From Pecten maximus (Eukaryota), in contig NC_047020.1 in assembly GCF_902652985.1 (NCBI RefSeq), positions 9,982,001-10,046,000 of the forward strand: a stretch of 64,000 nucleotides of DNA, in the 5' to 3' direction. This document shows, one piece after another, positions 38,972-51,284 of this stretch. Numbering within the stretch: the first letter of the stretch is position 1; the number at the start of each line of letters is the position of its first letter. The translations under genes were made by a program, and so were the position numbers. The notes under the pieces are model-generated. The model saw only the letters and a program-made list of their open reading frames with translations, had not been told where the DNA came from and made no database searches.

Positions 38972-41388
38972 CAGGCTTAACAATGTTCGTATACAAACAA
39001 ATTGATCGTACATAAATCTTCTTTTCATGAATCGTAAATGTTGATATATCATGTCTTAAAAATCAATAAAACATTAGGAGACAATTGTCTTATCTTTTTC
39101 ATGTTAAAATGTATATCTTTCATATTCATACAACCTGCCGTCCATTCATCGATTTTACGTCGGAATGTATAGTTTTGTAGGGTAAGGGTTAGGGTTATCA
39201 TCTATCATCCCTCAAACAACAGTACAGAATATTTAGACTAGACAGTAGTTGAATCGAAACCAAATATAAATATTTAAAAAGTGCTTCTTTTAAACAGCAA
39301 TGTTACCGAAAGAACGGTTTTTCCTAAAGGGCGTTATTATTTTTCTAAACTTGTTTACTAGTTGTTCTATAATACTTCTACCTATACATATCACGTACAA
39401 TCGGTCCTATGGATTTATTTCGACAATTCGATATTCTGAACTGTTAAGGGCACATCACGGTAAAACCATTATCTTTTTAATTGATTGTTCGTGTTTTGCA
39501 CACTTCTAGTTACATTTCTATGATATCCCGATATTCACATCGATTTCTAATGTCCAGCTTGATCACTCGATCTAGTCGGGGAATGTCTCACAAATTTAGC
39601 GCTGAAAATACCACGTGGCTGTTTTGAAAACAAAGCTGTCGTTTTGTAAACAGGAACACATCATGTACAGAGTACATAAACAGCTTGTTTTATACATCAG
39701 AATTGATTTGTGCGATAAAATATCAAAGTATATTAGGTTTGTATTGGTAATTTTACACTGTACTCTTGAAATGTAGATATAACTACAAAACAGTAAGTGA
39801 CCACGACCATAAAATATGAATTTAGGATCAGATCCATTAAATGCCGAATAAGGAATGCTTGTACAAATAACATCCAAGCTAATAGCACCTTTCCGTTCAA
39901 ACTGAGAGATAGATGCCGCACAACCAAAATGAGTTAAAGCCAGGTTTTCATAACATAAAAATCATGACAAAATCACAAGAAAATATGTTAAATGTATCTA
40001 CCCTAATGAAGATATATTGTGAAAACCAATGCCGTCGTTCATTATAACTTCAATTGAAACCAGGAAACTACCACTACCAAATGATTGTGAGGAATCTCCG
40101 ATCTTTATATGTAAATTAACCGCAGAAATATGTCATACACTCATGCGGAAACCGGTTTGTTTTGAAGAATGGCGGACTTACGATCAGAGCATCAGAAGAC
40201 TACAGCCGATCAGACGTAATGGTTGCTGCCGCGAAGATAAAGAAAGGAAGTTAGCTAAAACACGACATCATATAAAACTTACAAAATCAATGTGTGTCAG
40301 TTAGACAAAATTATAGATAGGTAAAACGTGAAAATCACGATGAATGGACATTGAAAATTCTCGGCATTGGAAAACAAACCTATGCTTTTCTGTTTATCAT
40401 CCGGAGATGTAACGCGGCAGGTGCAGGGTTGGTTCACGTTCTGTGTTTAAATGTTTGACGTAACTGAGCAGCTTTGCCGATTTTGTTTATGAAGATAAAC
40501 ACATAGGAGAAGTTTAACTTGCTAAAGTGTTATATTCATTAACGAAAACAAAGAGAGACTTACAGCTGCAGATACAGTGTTTCGTTCCTATAGGACTCCT
40601 CGGTGATGCTAAGGACCTAAAGTCGACACATAATGGATAACTCAAAAGGGTCAAACAAAAAGTCAAAACATGGACGAGGAACAACAAATAATTCAATACA
40701 TTTAATGTGTTTGTTCAATACTGGATTTCAAGAAGAACGTTATGAACCCTATGATCCAATCAATTCGTATCTTGGATATCGAATATATAAAGCATACAGC
40801 CATAAAAGTATCTAAAATTCTGGGTTAATACAATGCTTTATTCATACAATCATGATCAGTTTTTTGTATCTGTTCTAAGGGAGTGTGATCGGCACTTAAT
40901 GGTGTTTTGATACTTTGAACAAAACATTATTGATCCCTTCAGTACTAAAATGGCCCCTTGACACGAAGTGTACATTATAGGCATTGATTGCACATAGGAA
41001 CTAGAGTTACAATATGAAGTCGTACGAATTGTATTGGTCTTAAAAGATAAAACAGTGGTCATGCCAGGTAGCCCTAGAGTTTAATCTGGTGTAGATGGGT
41101 AAAACGACACTCATTTCATTACTGTGATTTATTTTCAGTTTAAATGTATTCCTGTACAGGATTTTGGCTATCAACATAGAACTATGGTATGACCATTTAT
41201 CATATCACGATATTTTGAACTTATCCTCCTACCGAACTAAATCCTAACACTGGATTAGATGTACAAATAGGAAAGAATCGTGCAGAAATGGTTCCCTCGA
41301 CAGCAATGGAGGCTCAACGATAGAAGATAGGTTCTGCACATCAACTAATTTATGTTACATTAGAAACTAGCGTTAAGAATAGTGCAGG

Positions 41389-44300
41389 ATGATTTTGATG
41401 CGGAAACTATGGCTGCTCTACACACAATATGTGCTGATTTTAGTAGGTAAGTTTCACAATTTTAATTTTAGAAATAGTGGAGGAGGATTTTGATGAGTTA
41501 ACTATGACTGCCACTAATGCTATATATGTGTCTATTTTAACAAGTTTCACAATTTTATGACTAACAGTCTATGGCTAGCGCAGATACTCGATCCTTCCTA
41601 GATAAGTGTAATAGGTTGACAATACACAGGAATATCATGTACATGTATAGGAAGGGATAAGCCTATGTTCCTTCATGTCAATCTACTGAGACAAATGTAT
41701 GCGCATGTTCTAACGATATCGTAATAAAACCTCACGTTATTCTTAAAAGGAGTTTGTATCATATCGTTTCCTGAATATGGTTATCGCTAATAATGTTACA
41801 TAATTAGTAATCTGAAAAAAGTGACTCATTGACTTTGATGTTAATTACAGGTTTGTAATATGAATATCATTTTGTGGTAAAATCGTTATATTTTCGTGGT
41901 AATCCCTTATTCATGATATGTCAACAAGAAACGCTTATCAGGAGGAAAATTGTCTCTTAAAATTGGGTCAATGCTTCTTGGATAACCAGATTCTTGATGA
42001 GTTTATCAATATTAATTTCCTCCGTTCAAAAGTGATATTGTAAATGTACTCGCTCCAATCCATCCATTGGTTTCTGATAATGTTTTGTATACTACTGTGT
42101 CATCGGAGAGTAATAAAATACAATAACCTCTTATGACATCTTTTTGACTTTATACATGTCCTATTATGATTATGTTCAGATATATAAAACAGGTGTTGAT
42201 GTTGTTCAGAAATCTCTCTCAGCATTGACTCAAATGATGTCTTTTTTCAGTTCATTATGCAGATGCGTTCCCTATACCCACAAGCGATACAATTAACGTA
42301 ACAGGTAATGTATCTTTGACAATAAATTTAACTAAGTAGTGATGCTATGGGCTAAAGGTGTAAACCAGAAAGGAAGAAATTCAAACACTACCTGAGGAAA
42401 TGTTAATAACAGCAGTGGAGGTGGTTTACCTCCATATTTTGATAATGGGTGTTTTTTATAAAGAACGTAAAGTTCGCGTATTCTGAACTGATGTCAGTAT
42501 TTGACAGAATCAAAGCATGACGGTGTGAAGGAAAACCTCGCGGAATAAATTCCCCGGCAGAATTTTCCACCCAGACATCTCGTAGGGTTGTGTAGTACAA
42601 CAGTATGACTTCCCACCCAGTAACTCAAAGAATTGCACAGTCCACCAGTAGGACTCATCATCCAGCAATCTCATAGAATTGTACAAAAGATGTACAAGTG
42701 TACTGCATTTGAAAACTAATAGTAAAGATAAAGTATAGACCGAATCAGGAATATGAAAATGCCCCATACAAACTAATACAAGACATCCGCAATATAGTAT
42801 GACTGGTATTGAAATGAAGATAAACAAAATCAGGTCTATGACCGTGTTCATGTGATAATAAATGTATTTTAGTCGTTTATCATTTTCATACAAAACCAGT
42901 CGAAATCTCATTTCATATGGAATTCATGAACTCGTTCAGTAAATTCAATATTACATAAGCACCATTTTAAGATCTTCATCATCGGCCAGTAGACAAGACA
43001 TATCGAAACAACTATATCTAAATAGTTAAAATGAAATGCTTTAAATCGTACCAACCTTCCTTGAAGGTAATGAAATGAAGATAATTAAGTGCTGTTCCAA
43101 ATCGTATTAGCCTTTCTTGAAGGTAAAAAAAAATATGCGAGAAATGAGGAATTATCAAACCAAATGACCATACGTTTCCAAATATTTCAGTTTGTTTTAA
43201 AGGAACAAAAGTTATAATGTATGTCATGGAATTGACAAATATTAATGTGAACAAAGAAGATTAGTGTTAGACAACTGAGGAAATACTAACAATTGTTGAT
43301 AATTAACGGAGGTTCTTGCTTAAAACATTTCACGATAGTGCATCTTTTTAGGGGAGGGGTGGTAATCATGATAGGGAATGCTTTGACATTGACACTGAAG
43401 TAGTACATTTTTAATTTTGAGTAATTGATAAGTCTTGACTTCAGTTATTTGAATCATTACATCATTTACTAGATATATTTGGGAAAGACTTAGACCGACA
43501 CTATACTTCGTTATTTACGTAGATTTCACCGTAGAACCTGTCACTTAATTCGGATACTTTTTTCAGGGTACACAGCATGGGGCGATAATTGGAAGGAGGA
43601 CATCATTGTAGTCTCAAATGCTACTTGGTTTGATGCAGTCGAAGAATGTAAAAACCTACATGGTTCAATTGCCTCATCTGGATCAAATGGAGTTCCTTTT
43701 AGATATATTAGACAACAAATGTTTCTTCATTTACCGGAGTAATAATCATTTTCATTGGACATGCTTATAGTAAAGAAATCTCATTTCATCAATCAAGTTT
43801 AAGGTCAAAGATAATGTACATGATATCTTACGAATCCCTATTTAGCTCATATTCTTGTTATGATATGATAACATTAGGTCCTATACCTGATTAAATGTAT
43901 GTGTCTATTGGTCGAGATTTTAGAGGAAAGGTTATGCTAAACCTTTTGCCAAAAAAACACTTTTGGTGGTCATTTCGGAAACAACTAACGAGTCAATGGT
44001 CACACCTAAATATTGTTGATGGGGAGTTATTTTTAGATCAGCCTCTGTTTGAATACCTTTCATTTCATTTTAAATGCAGATTGATTGGACAACCGCTGTG
44101 GACAGCTTTTCATAAGCCAAATTTGGACGGCATATGGTATAAAGGGACAAAATGTGGTAATCCCTTGGACAAGACATCTTACAACACATTTGACAATGAT
44201 GACGCCACCAAGCGACAATGTGTCTTACTAAACACAACAAGTAATCCTAGTAATATAGATTTCAGCTGGTATGCAGCATCATGTCATGAACGCCACTCCT

Positions 44301-46588
44301 TTATTTGCAATAACCATTTAGGCAAGTATTCAATTTATAAAAAAGAAAGTGAGTGCCCACATAACAAGAGTTTCTTTGATATTGTGTTTACAATTGTTTA
44401 CTATGAATGTGATCCAAATCAGCATGCATCAAAATCACAGGGGCGTTTATCTTCAATCGAAAAGAAAAACGTTAATATTCCCGTGATCATCTGTGAAAGG
44501 ATACATGTAAAGTTATAAGATATTTACTGTAAGCGTCCATACCTCACTTAAACCTGACCTAGACAGATTTCGTCGTAACAATTGTCACTATAACGTGAGT
44601 GAATATCATGCCAATTATAACAGTTTCTTTAAAAAAAAAATACGTAACTAAATGTGTTTGTTTGATTATATCAATGTTTATTAAATTATGCCCGGGAAAA
44701 GGAACTTATCGTTTGGTTACATATGAATAAACAAGGTTCTACATAACCCCAACAAGACCCACGGTATAAGTCAAGAGAATGCACGACAGTATGTGTTTCT
44801 TGTTCTGATTACAATCTAGATACTGGATATCTGAAGGAGTACGTAGGAATGGCGAAACTAAAGAAGGATGAGCTGGATGAGGTCAAAACTTTCAATTCCT
44901 CGTCACCTGAGGACTGTAAACAGCAGTGTGATAACTATGGAAACTATTACTGCGAGTTCAACTCTTCATCAGCTACGTGTGCTAGATCTCGGCGTGATAT
45001 TGAATATTTACCTTTCGAGTTCAACCTTACCTTTGTTGACAACGATACAATTTCATACGTGAAAAGTCAACATAACAAAGGTTTGTATTTGATACTCCAA
45101 ACACAAGCTTCATATAATTAAGTTTGACAGTTAGAAATTAAATTGTGAATAATAACAAAAACTAAATTAATTAATTAATAATAAACATTGAAATACTTAT
45201 TTAATATACAATATATATTAAATAAGTTATGATATTTTAAAATTTATATAATATATATATATCAATATACATTTTTCTGTTTGTACAGTTGTCACAACAA
45301 CAGTTGCTGTCCCCAATAATACCTATAACTACACAAACCTACCTTGTAAGTGTATCGTTGTATTCCTATGTTACCTATAACTACACAGACCTACCGTGTA
45401 AGTACATTGTAGTGGGCCAATGTTACCTATAACTGCACAGACCTACCTTGTAAGTATATTGTAGTGTTCCAATGTTAGCTATAATTAAACAGACCTACTG
45501 TGTTATGACATCAATATCTATAAAATGACTTCGATATTGTTTTCTTTACTGTATCTAAACACCATTTATTTATTTCAAGCAGTTATTACTAATTATAACG
45601 ATGAAAACCGAAGACGATAATTATATACAAATATGTATGACATTTTTGTGATACTTTGTACGCAATGCAGTTAATAGTTCTTTATTTTAGGCTACAAAGA
45701 TCCTGTGCTGACAACAACAACAACTATTATCAGTTCGCAGCAATCAACGGATGGTAATATCTTTGTCGATTCATTGTATTGTTTTATTAGAAATTGTGGA
45801 TTGTGAATATATCAATCAATTAAAAACATAGAAGATAGAAAACAAAACAAAAATATTTGCATTACTGGCGTATTTACGTAAATTCACTGGAACTATCTTA
45901 TCTTAGCAACCACAGCTGCGGTAGACTGTACCAACACAACCAGACTTGCATTTTCTGCGTACGGTATTTCACCAGCTTGTTTGATGTAAATATAAAACCT
46001 GTACCTCATTTTGATTGCATATACGGTAGTAAGTTATATCCTACCGCGCTTACCATTGAAGATGATATTTGCCAACTGCGGGCATACAACCGTATACGCA
46101 GTCAAAATGAGGTACAATCTTTCAATATATAGATAGATAGATAGATACCCTGTGTCTTGTCTCATCATAATATGTACACTGACAGTTGTGTCGCTCACTC
46201 TGTTCCAGGTGACATATCCGCGGTGACTGTCGATCCCGGTGTAAGCAATACAGTCAACATCAGTCCGGAGAATGTAGAACAACTTGTTGTTGATATAAGA
46301 GAGGAGAACACGATTGATGTTAAAACTCTTTCCTCATACCGGAATAAATTGATATCCATTCAGGATAATCGACCCTCGGCAAAAACTATTGGATGGGTTG
46401 GTGCAATATTTATAGGTTTGCTGACTGGACTAATAGTGGTGTCAGATGTGCCAAAATTTATAAAGGACATAAAGTCACTACATACGGCGCAACCAGGACA
46501 CACTGTACGAACTGAACGGCAATTTGTTGTTAAATCGTCACAAGTAAGGAGGATCACATTGTTGAAATTGCGACGAAATTCTATCTAG
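41389..46588 (+). CDS. Paralog C: C-type-lectin-like + PAN-like single-pass membrane protein, ~447 aa
   Basis: Exons 41389-41446 (MILMRKLWLLYTQYVLILV), 42251-42304, 43567-43738, 44080-44321 (GC donor), 44820-45080, 45289-45345, 45691-45753, 45907-45963, 46209-46588; sum 1344 nt and open. TM GWVGAIFIGLLTGLIVVSD; ends LRRNSI. Confidence 0.82.
45318..45502 (+). repeat. Four 52-bp copies of the exon-6 end and donor of paralog C
   Basis: acctataact-like starts at 45321, 45373, 45425 and 45477. GTAAGT occurs at 45346, 45398 and 45450. Confidence 0.9.
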
Positions 46589-48539
46589 TCATGTATCTAC
46601 TACACACATAGTAGCTCCGGCAAATGTCATTGTACAGACATTATGACATCGTTCTATCATTGATGCGTTGCTATCTAGTTGGTGTTCTCTATGACATTAA
46701 AATGTTTTGCACTTTGTTTTTTTGTTTCTTGTTGTTGTTGGGGTTTTTTTTGGTTTTTTTTTAGAAGTTCATAAATATTGGTCCGTGTGGTACATCAAAA
46801 ATTTCAACGAACAACGCTACTATCCACCAATGTTTTATTCGGACCTCTTGATGCGGTTCACATTTGTGAGTTCCATTTATAAACCGGAACTGAATTGGTA
46901 CTTCACGTGTTATACCATCATTAATGTTTTAGTATCATATATTACTGATATTGGATAAAGGCGAAGGAAAATGTAATGTATCTGTATTCTGAACCTTGAC
47001 ACTATTTATAAGAAATTCCGCCATATCAAACATGACTCTTGAAACATTTGCAAGCAGAACTTACGTTCCGACAACCTCAACAATTTGTACAGAAGAGAGG
47101 CATTTAAATAGCACCTTTGATTAGTTATTTAACCCTAAATTCAGTAGGTGTTTAAATTGTCCCAACGACCGGCTTCGTCCTTCTTTTCTTCTTAAGTGAT
47201 TTAGAATTTCAGTGATTTGGGTAATCTATAATTAAGTACTTCATTGATTGTTTACTTCAGTGATTTAGTACTTAACTTATTAAGTACTTCACTGATTAAG
47301 TACTTCAAATAAAAAATCAAGTGGATGCCAGTTTTGTAAACGTGTATGAAACAGGGCAAAATCTAAACAGAATATTTTTATAAACGGGGAATTATGGGGG
47401 GAAATAGTATCTATGTATATATTTTCATAGATAATTAATGTAAAAGAACATGGTGATTTCATACTTAAGATGTAGTGTGACATTACCATTGTATAAAATG
47501 CGAGACACGGCTGTTGAAATTATTCGATCGAACAATAATGGGCACTCTATTTTTGTATGTTGGGTGTGGTTGCATAACCAGCATATAACATTCCAAACTA
47601 TTTGTAAGTGTACTCACATTTCGCAGTATAAATGTATTTAATTTTTTCTATGTCAAAAAAAAGTTTCTTTTTACTTCTTTCTACGAATCATTTTACTTTT
47701 CCTGGTGTCCAGGTCGATAATAAAGTGAACGGTGGGGTTTCCAGCAATGTTAAATTCCATAGAGGTCGGCCTAGAAAATTGTTTTAACTTAAAGACCACT
47801 CACCGAAACATTGCCTTCTGCCATCAAAGTAAGTTGTCTTGGATACATTTAACCCAAATAGACCGATGATGCACTTGCCTAATTAACTAATAACGTAACT
47901 AAATATTAAACTAAGAACGCGTATGGTCAAAAATCAGATAAATATTATTTTTTTAAACGAAATAGGAATTTTTGATCCATAAAATAAAAACATCAAAATG
48001 CTATAGGTTCTTTTTAGCATTTTGAGGAAAAACGTCATTTTTTGTGAACAAATGACATTTTGAATGTCTTCCATATCAAGTCCATTCAAAATCATACAGT
48101 GTTTAGATACCATACTTATTAATTAAGTAAATAGCATCTATGTCCATTATTTAAAACAGTATATCAAAGCGCTTCTATCCTATTCACAAAATAGCGCCTG
48201 ATGGAGACTATAAACACCTTAATACAGTACCGTTCTGACATGGAGGGATAGGTGTGTAGGTACGGATTGTAAAGCTTTGTTTCGGAGTGACATTAAAACA
48301 AAAATAATCTCCGAGAACATAGGACTTTTTCCCAGCACAATTGGTCGCAGGATATTTTAAAAGCAGGTTGCAATAACTTAACTGATGTTCTGCGAAGTGT
48401 TTCAAGAATTATCAGAAATGAAAGCTGCAATCTAAAGATTAAATATCAAAACTCTATCATTTTGCACAAGCGCGTAAACACTAACTCATATTTCATCTCA
48501 AACTGTGATGTCCTTGGTCCTCACGTATTTGTTTATATC

Positions 48540-49320
48540 ATCTCATAGGGATATTCATTAAGCCTAACGTTGACATTTGCACTGATGAAAGAGAAGTGTT
48601 TACATTTTGGCTATATTACAAATGGAAGGAAATCACCAATGATGTTTTGAAGATATCAAATATACTATCATAGCAGAAGTTATCCTTTTCTTCTGCGTTT
48701 CTCCACTTTGAACGATTTAAAACCTGGACAGGTTGGACAAGAAGACAAATTCTAGAAATGCCTTTATATTGTTCGTCCTCAGTTAACACTAGTATTTACA
48801 GCCAACCACGAGGATGTATGAATGTTTTCCTTGGTATAAGTGAAGATGGACCTATGTTAGTAACATTGTTCATCTCTTTATAACAGTATATCGAAATCAT
48901 TTCATCCAATAGAAAAAGCATAGGCATAACTATTTTTCCATTATTCCTTTAATGTGAACATCTTACAACAGAAAACATTCTGGAGTACAATACTGTTTTC
49001 TCCGAAACATATTTTGGCAAGCGAGCAATTGTCATACTTAATGGTACAAATATCATTATTCCTTAGAGTTGGGATCACAAGCTCCAGGGCATAAGTCCTG
49101 TTGTGACCAAAAGAAGCGGAACTATTTGAAGTTCGTGAACATAGCCCTGCCTGATTACATGCTGGACAGAGTAGGACATTTTCCTGGAAGCAAAAATGAT
49201 GCAAAGTTTACAAAAGCCATCATGGATAGTCTCTCCAAGATGAAGAAAGATGGAAATGCCGTTGTATTTATTTCAGCTTTCTTTGCTATATTTCAATGCA
49301 AATGCTCGTTTTTCTTTTAG
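48540..49320 (+). mobile_element. Degenerate DDE_Tnp_4-type (PIF/Harbinger-ISL2EU-like) transposase relic
   Basis: With a stop and a frameshift: HLTTENILEYNTVFSETYFGKRAIVILNGTNIIIP*SWDHKLQ / KSCCDQKKRNYLKFVNIALPDYMLDRVGHFPGSKNDAKF. This fits the IxDGT...K...K...PDG...G.F.G..ND pattern; the first catalytic D reads N. Termini were not located. Confidence 0.65.
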
Positions 49321-51284
49321 AAATTATTAAGCAATATTTTCAATAAATTTGAAATATTTTGCACAAAACTTCTAATTAATAATTTAGCGCAGTTTATGTT
49401 GTACTGTTTGTTTGAGGATGATTAAGCAGATAAATGTGAAAGGAATGCAGCAGGATGTTTTATTTTTGTTTAATGTTAAAAGAGCATCATCTTATTTAAA
49501 ACCCATCACATGTTTATCTTCTGTTCCTTATGCATTCAAATATGTAAACTTCTTGCTTTGCATATATGATATTTAATATGTTATTTTCAGCATGTTGATT
49601 TTTACTTTTCTCAATAAAATGAAGAAATGATATAATAGCATATTCTCCGAAAACTACATTTTTCATATTCTGTATACTCTTGCTTTATATATACATGTTT
49701 GGACTTAGAAAATGCCTAATTGCAAACATAGGACAACAGAGGCTACCAATGGCATTTGCTTAGAAGCCATTTTAAAAACCAGCCTTTGAAATAAAGGTCG
49801 AAACAAGCTTTAAACCAATCCAGTGGGAAACTACATTGAGTGTATATAATGATGTATACAAATTTGTAGCAATTTCAAGCATGGAGTGAGAGTCATGGTG
49901 TGAGAATGGTAGCTTCCCAAGTAATCCCATAATGCAACTGACAAGCCAATAGCGACAACCAGATAAATCGACCCACACTAGCACCGTTTTAATAAAATAT
50001 CATCACAGACGCGCAGTATTTCCGGTTTCGGGGTTTTACAATATTTCCATAATCTTGATTTTTAAAACAACACCGTTACAATAGATAATCTCAATAAATA
50101 TCCAAATACCTGAAGCTCTGAACCTGAATTTACTAACACTGATATACAACCACATGGCGGACATTATGTATAATCGATTAGTGTGTGTGTGGGAACGCCT
50201 TTAACCTCTTTGACTCTGTAGTATATATAGTTCATATATGAACTTCGACACGTCCATCCCTGACTTTTAAAGGAAAACAGACCGACCATTATGTGTACTA
50301 AAACGATGAATCAATAATATCAGTATGGAAAACGAAATTAAGAAAACATTCAGAAAATACAAACGTTTCTTATTGCTACCTCTGATATCATTAACGAACC
50401 TACATTTCACATTACAGATTTCTAAAGTATATGGTCACATAAAAACATAATTATCCTATCAAACATAAATGATAACATGTATAATTTCTGTTGAATTGCA
50501 AAAATACAAGCTTTTCGACATTTTAGGTGTGTAAAGTCATGCCTGTCTGTGTAGCACATGTATAAATAATGCTATTTTTCTGTGAAACTCTAGCTGTGAT
50601 ATTTTGTCAAATGTATTGGAATATCCTAATTCGATCGTAATATACAAAAGGAACATTATCTACTCATATTGCGAGAAATTAAATAAAATACTCTGAAATT
50701 TAAATTGCGTTGTAATAATGAAACGTGTCGTGAAATAGCTATGTTTTGCATCAGTAGTTTCCTTTTAGGCTAATAATATATGTAGTAAAACGTATAGTTC
50801 AGAAATTATTGTTCTTGAACTAGTAAAATATTTGTATGCTAGTAAAAAGTATTGATTTCTAAAGTACTGAAATGGTACCTTGACTCAGAGTGTACAATAG
50901 AGCACTAGGCCCTGATTACACATAGAGAGTATAGATACAATATTTCATGTGGTCGTACTTTTTATTGATCTTTATCTAGTAGATATAGCGTTGGACGTGC
51001 CTCCTTTACTTATAGATTAACGTGGTAAAAACGGGTACGAAGAACTTTCATTTTATAGCTAAGTTTTATTTCCAGTTTGAAAAGAATGAGTTTGTTCAGG
51101 TACATTGAAGTGACAGAATAACGGCATAACATGAATATACGGTGAACCGCATGGTCATTATCTCCCAAACAGTCACTAGCATCGGATCAGATGATTCAAT
51201 AGGAAGGAATCTACTTCTAAATCAACTGATTAATAATAGGACTTACTCTAAATTGCCAAAATATCGTTTAGACAGAAAAAGTGG

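Noticed and set aside
46062-46111. Candidate additional exon in paralog C
   Set aside because: At 50 nt it is not frame-preserving, and its splice sites are weak.
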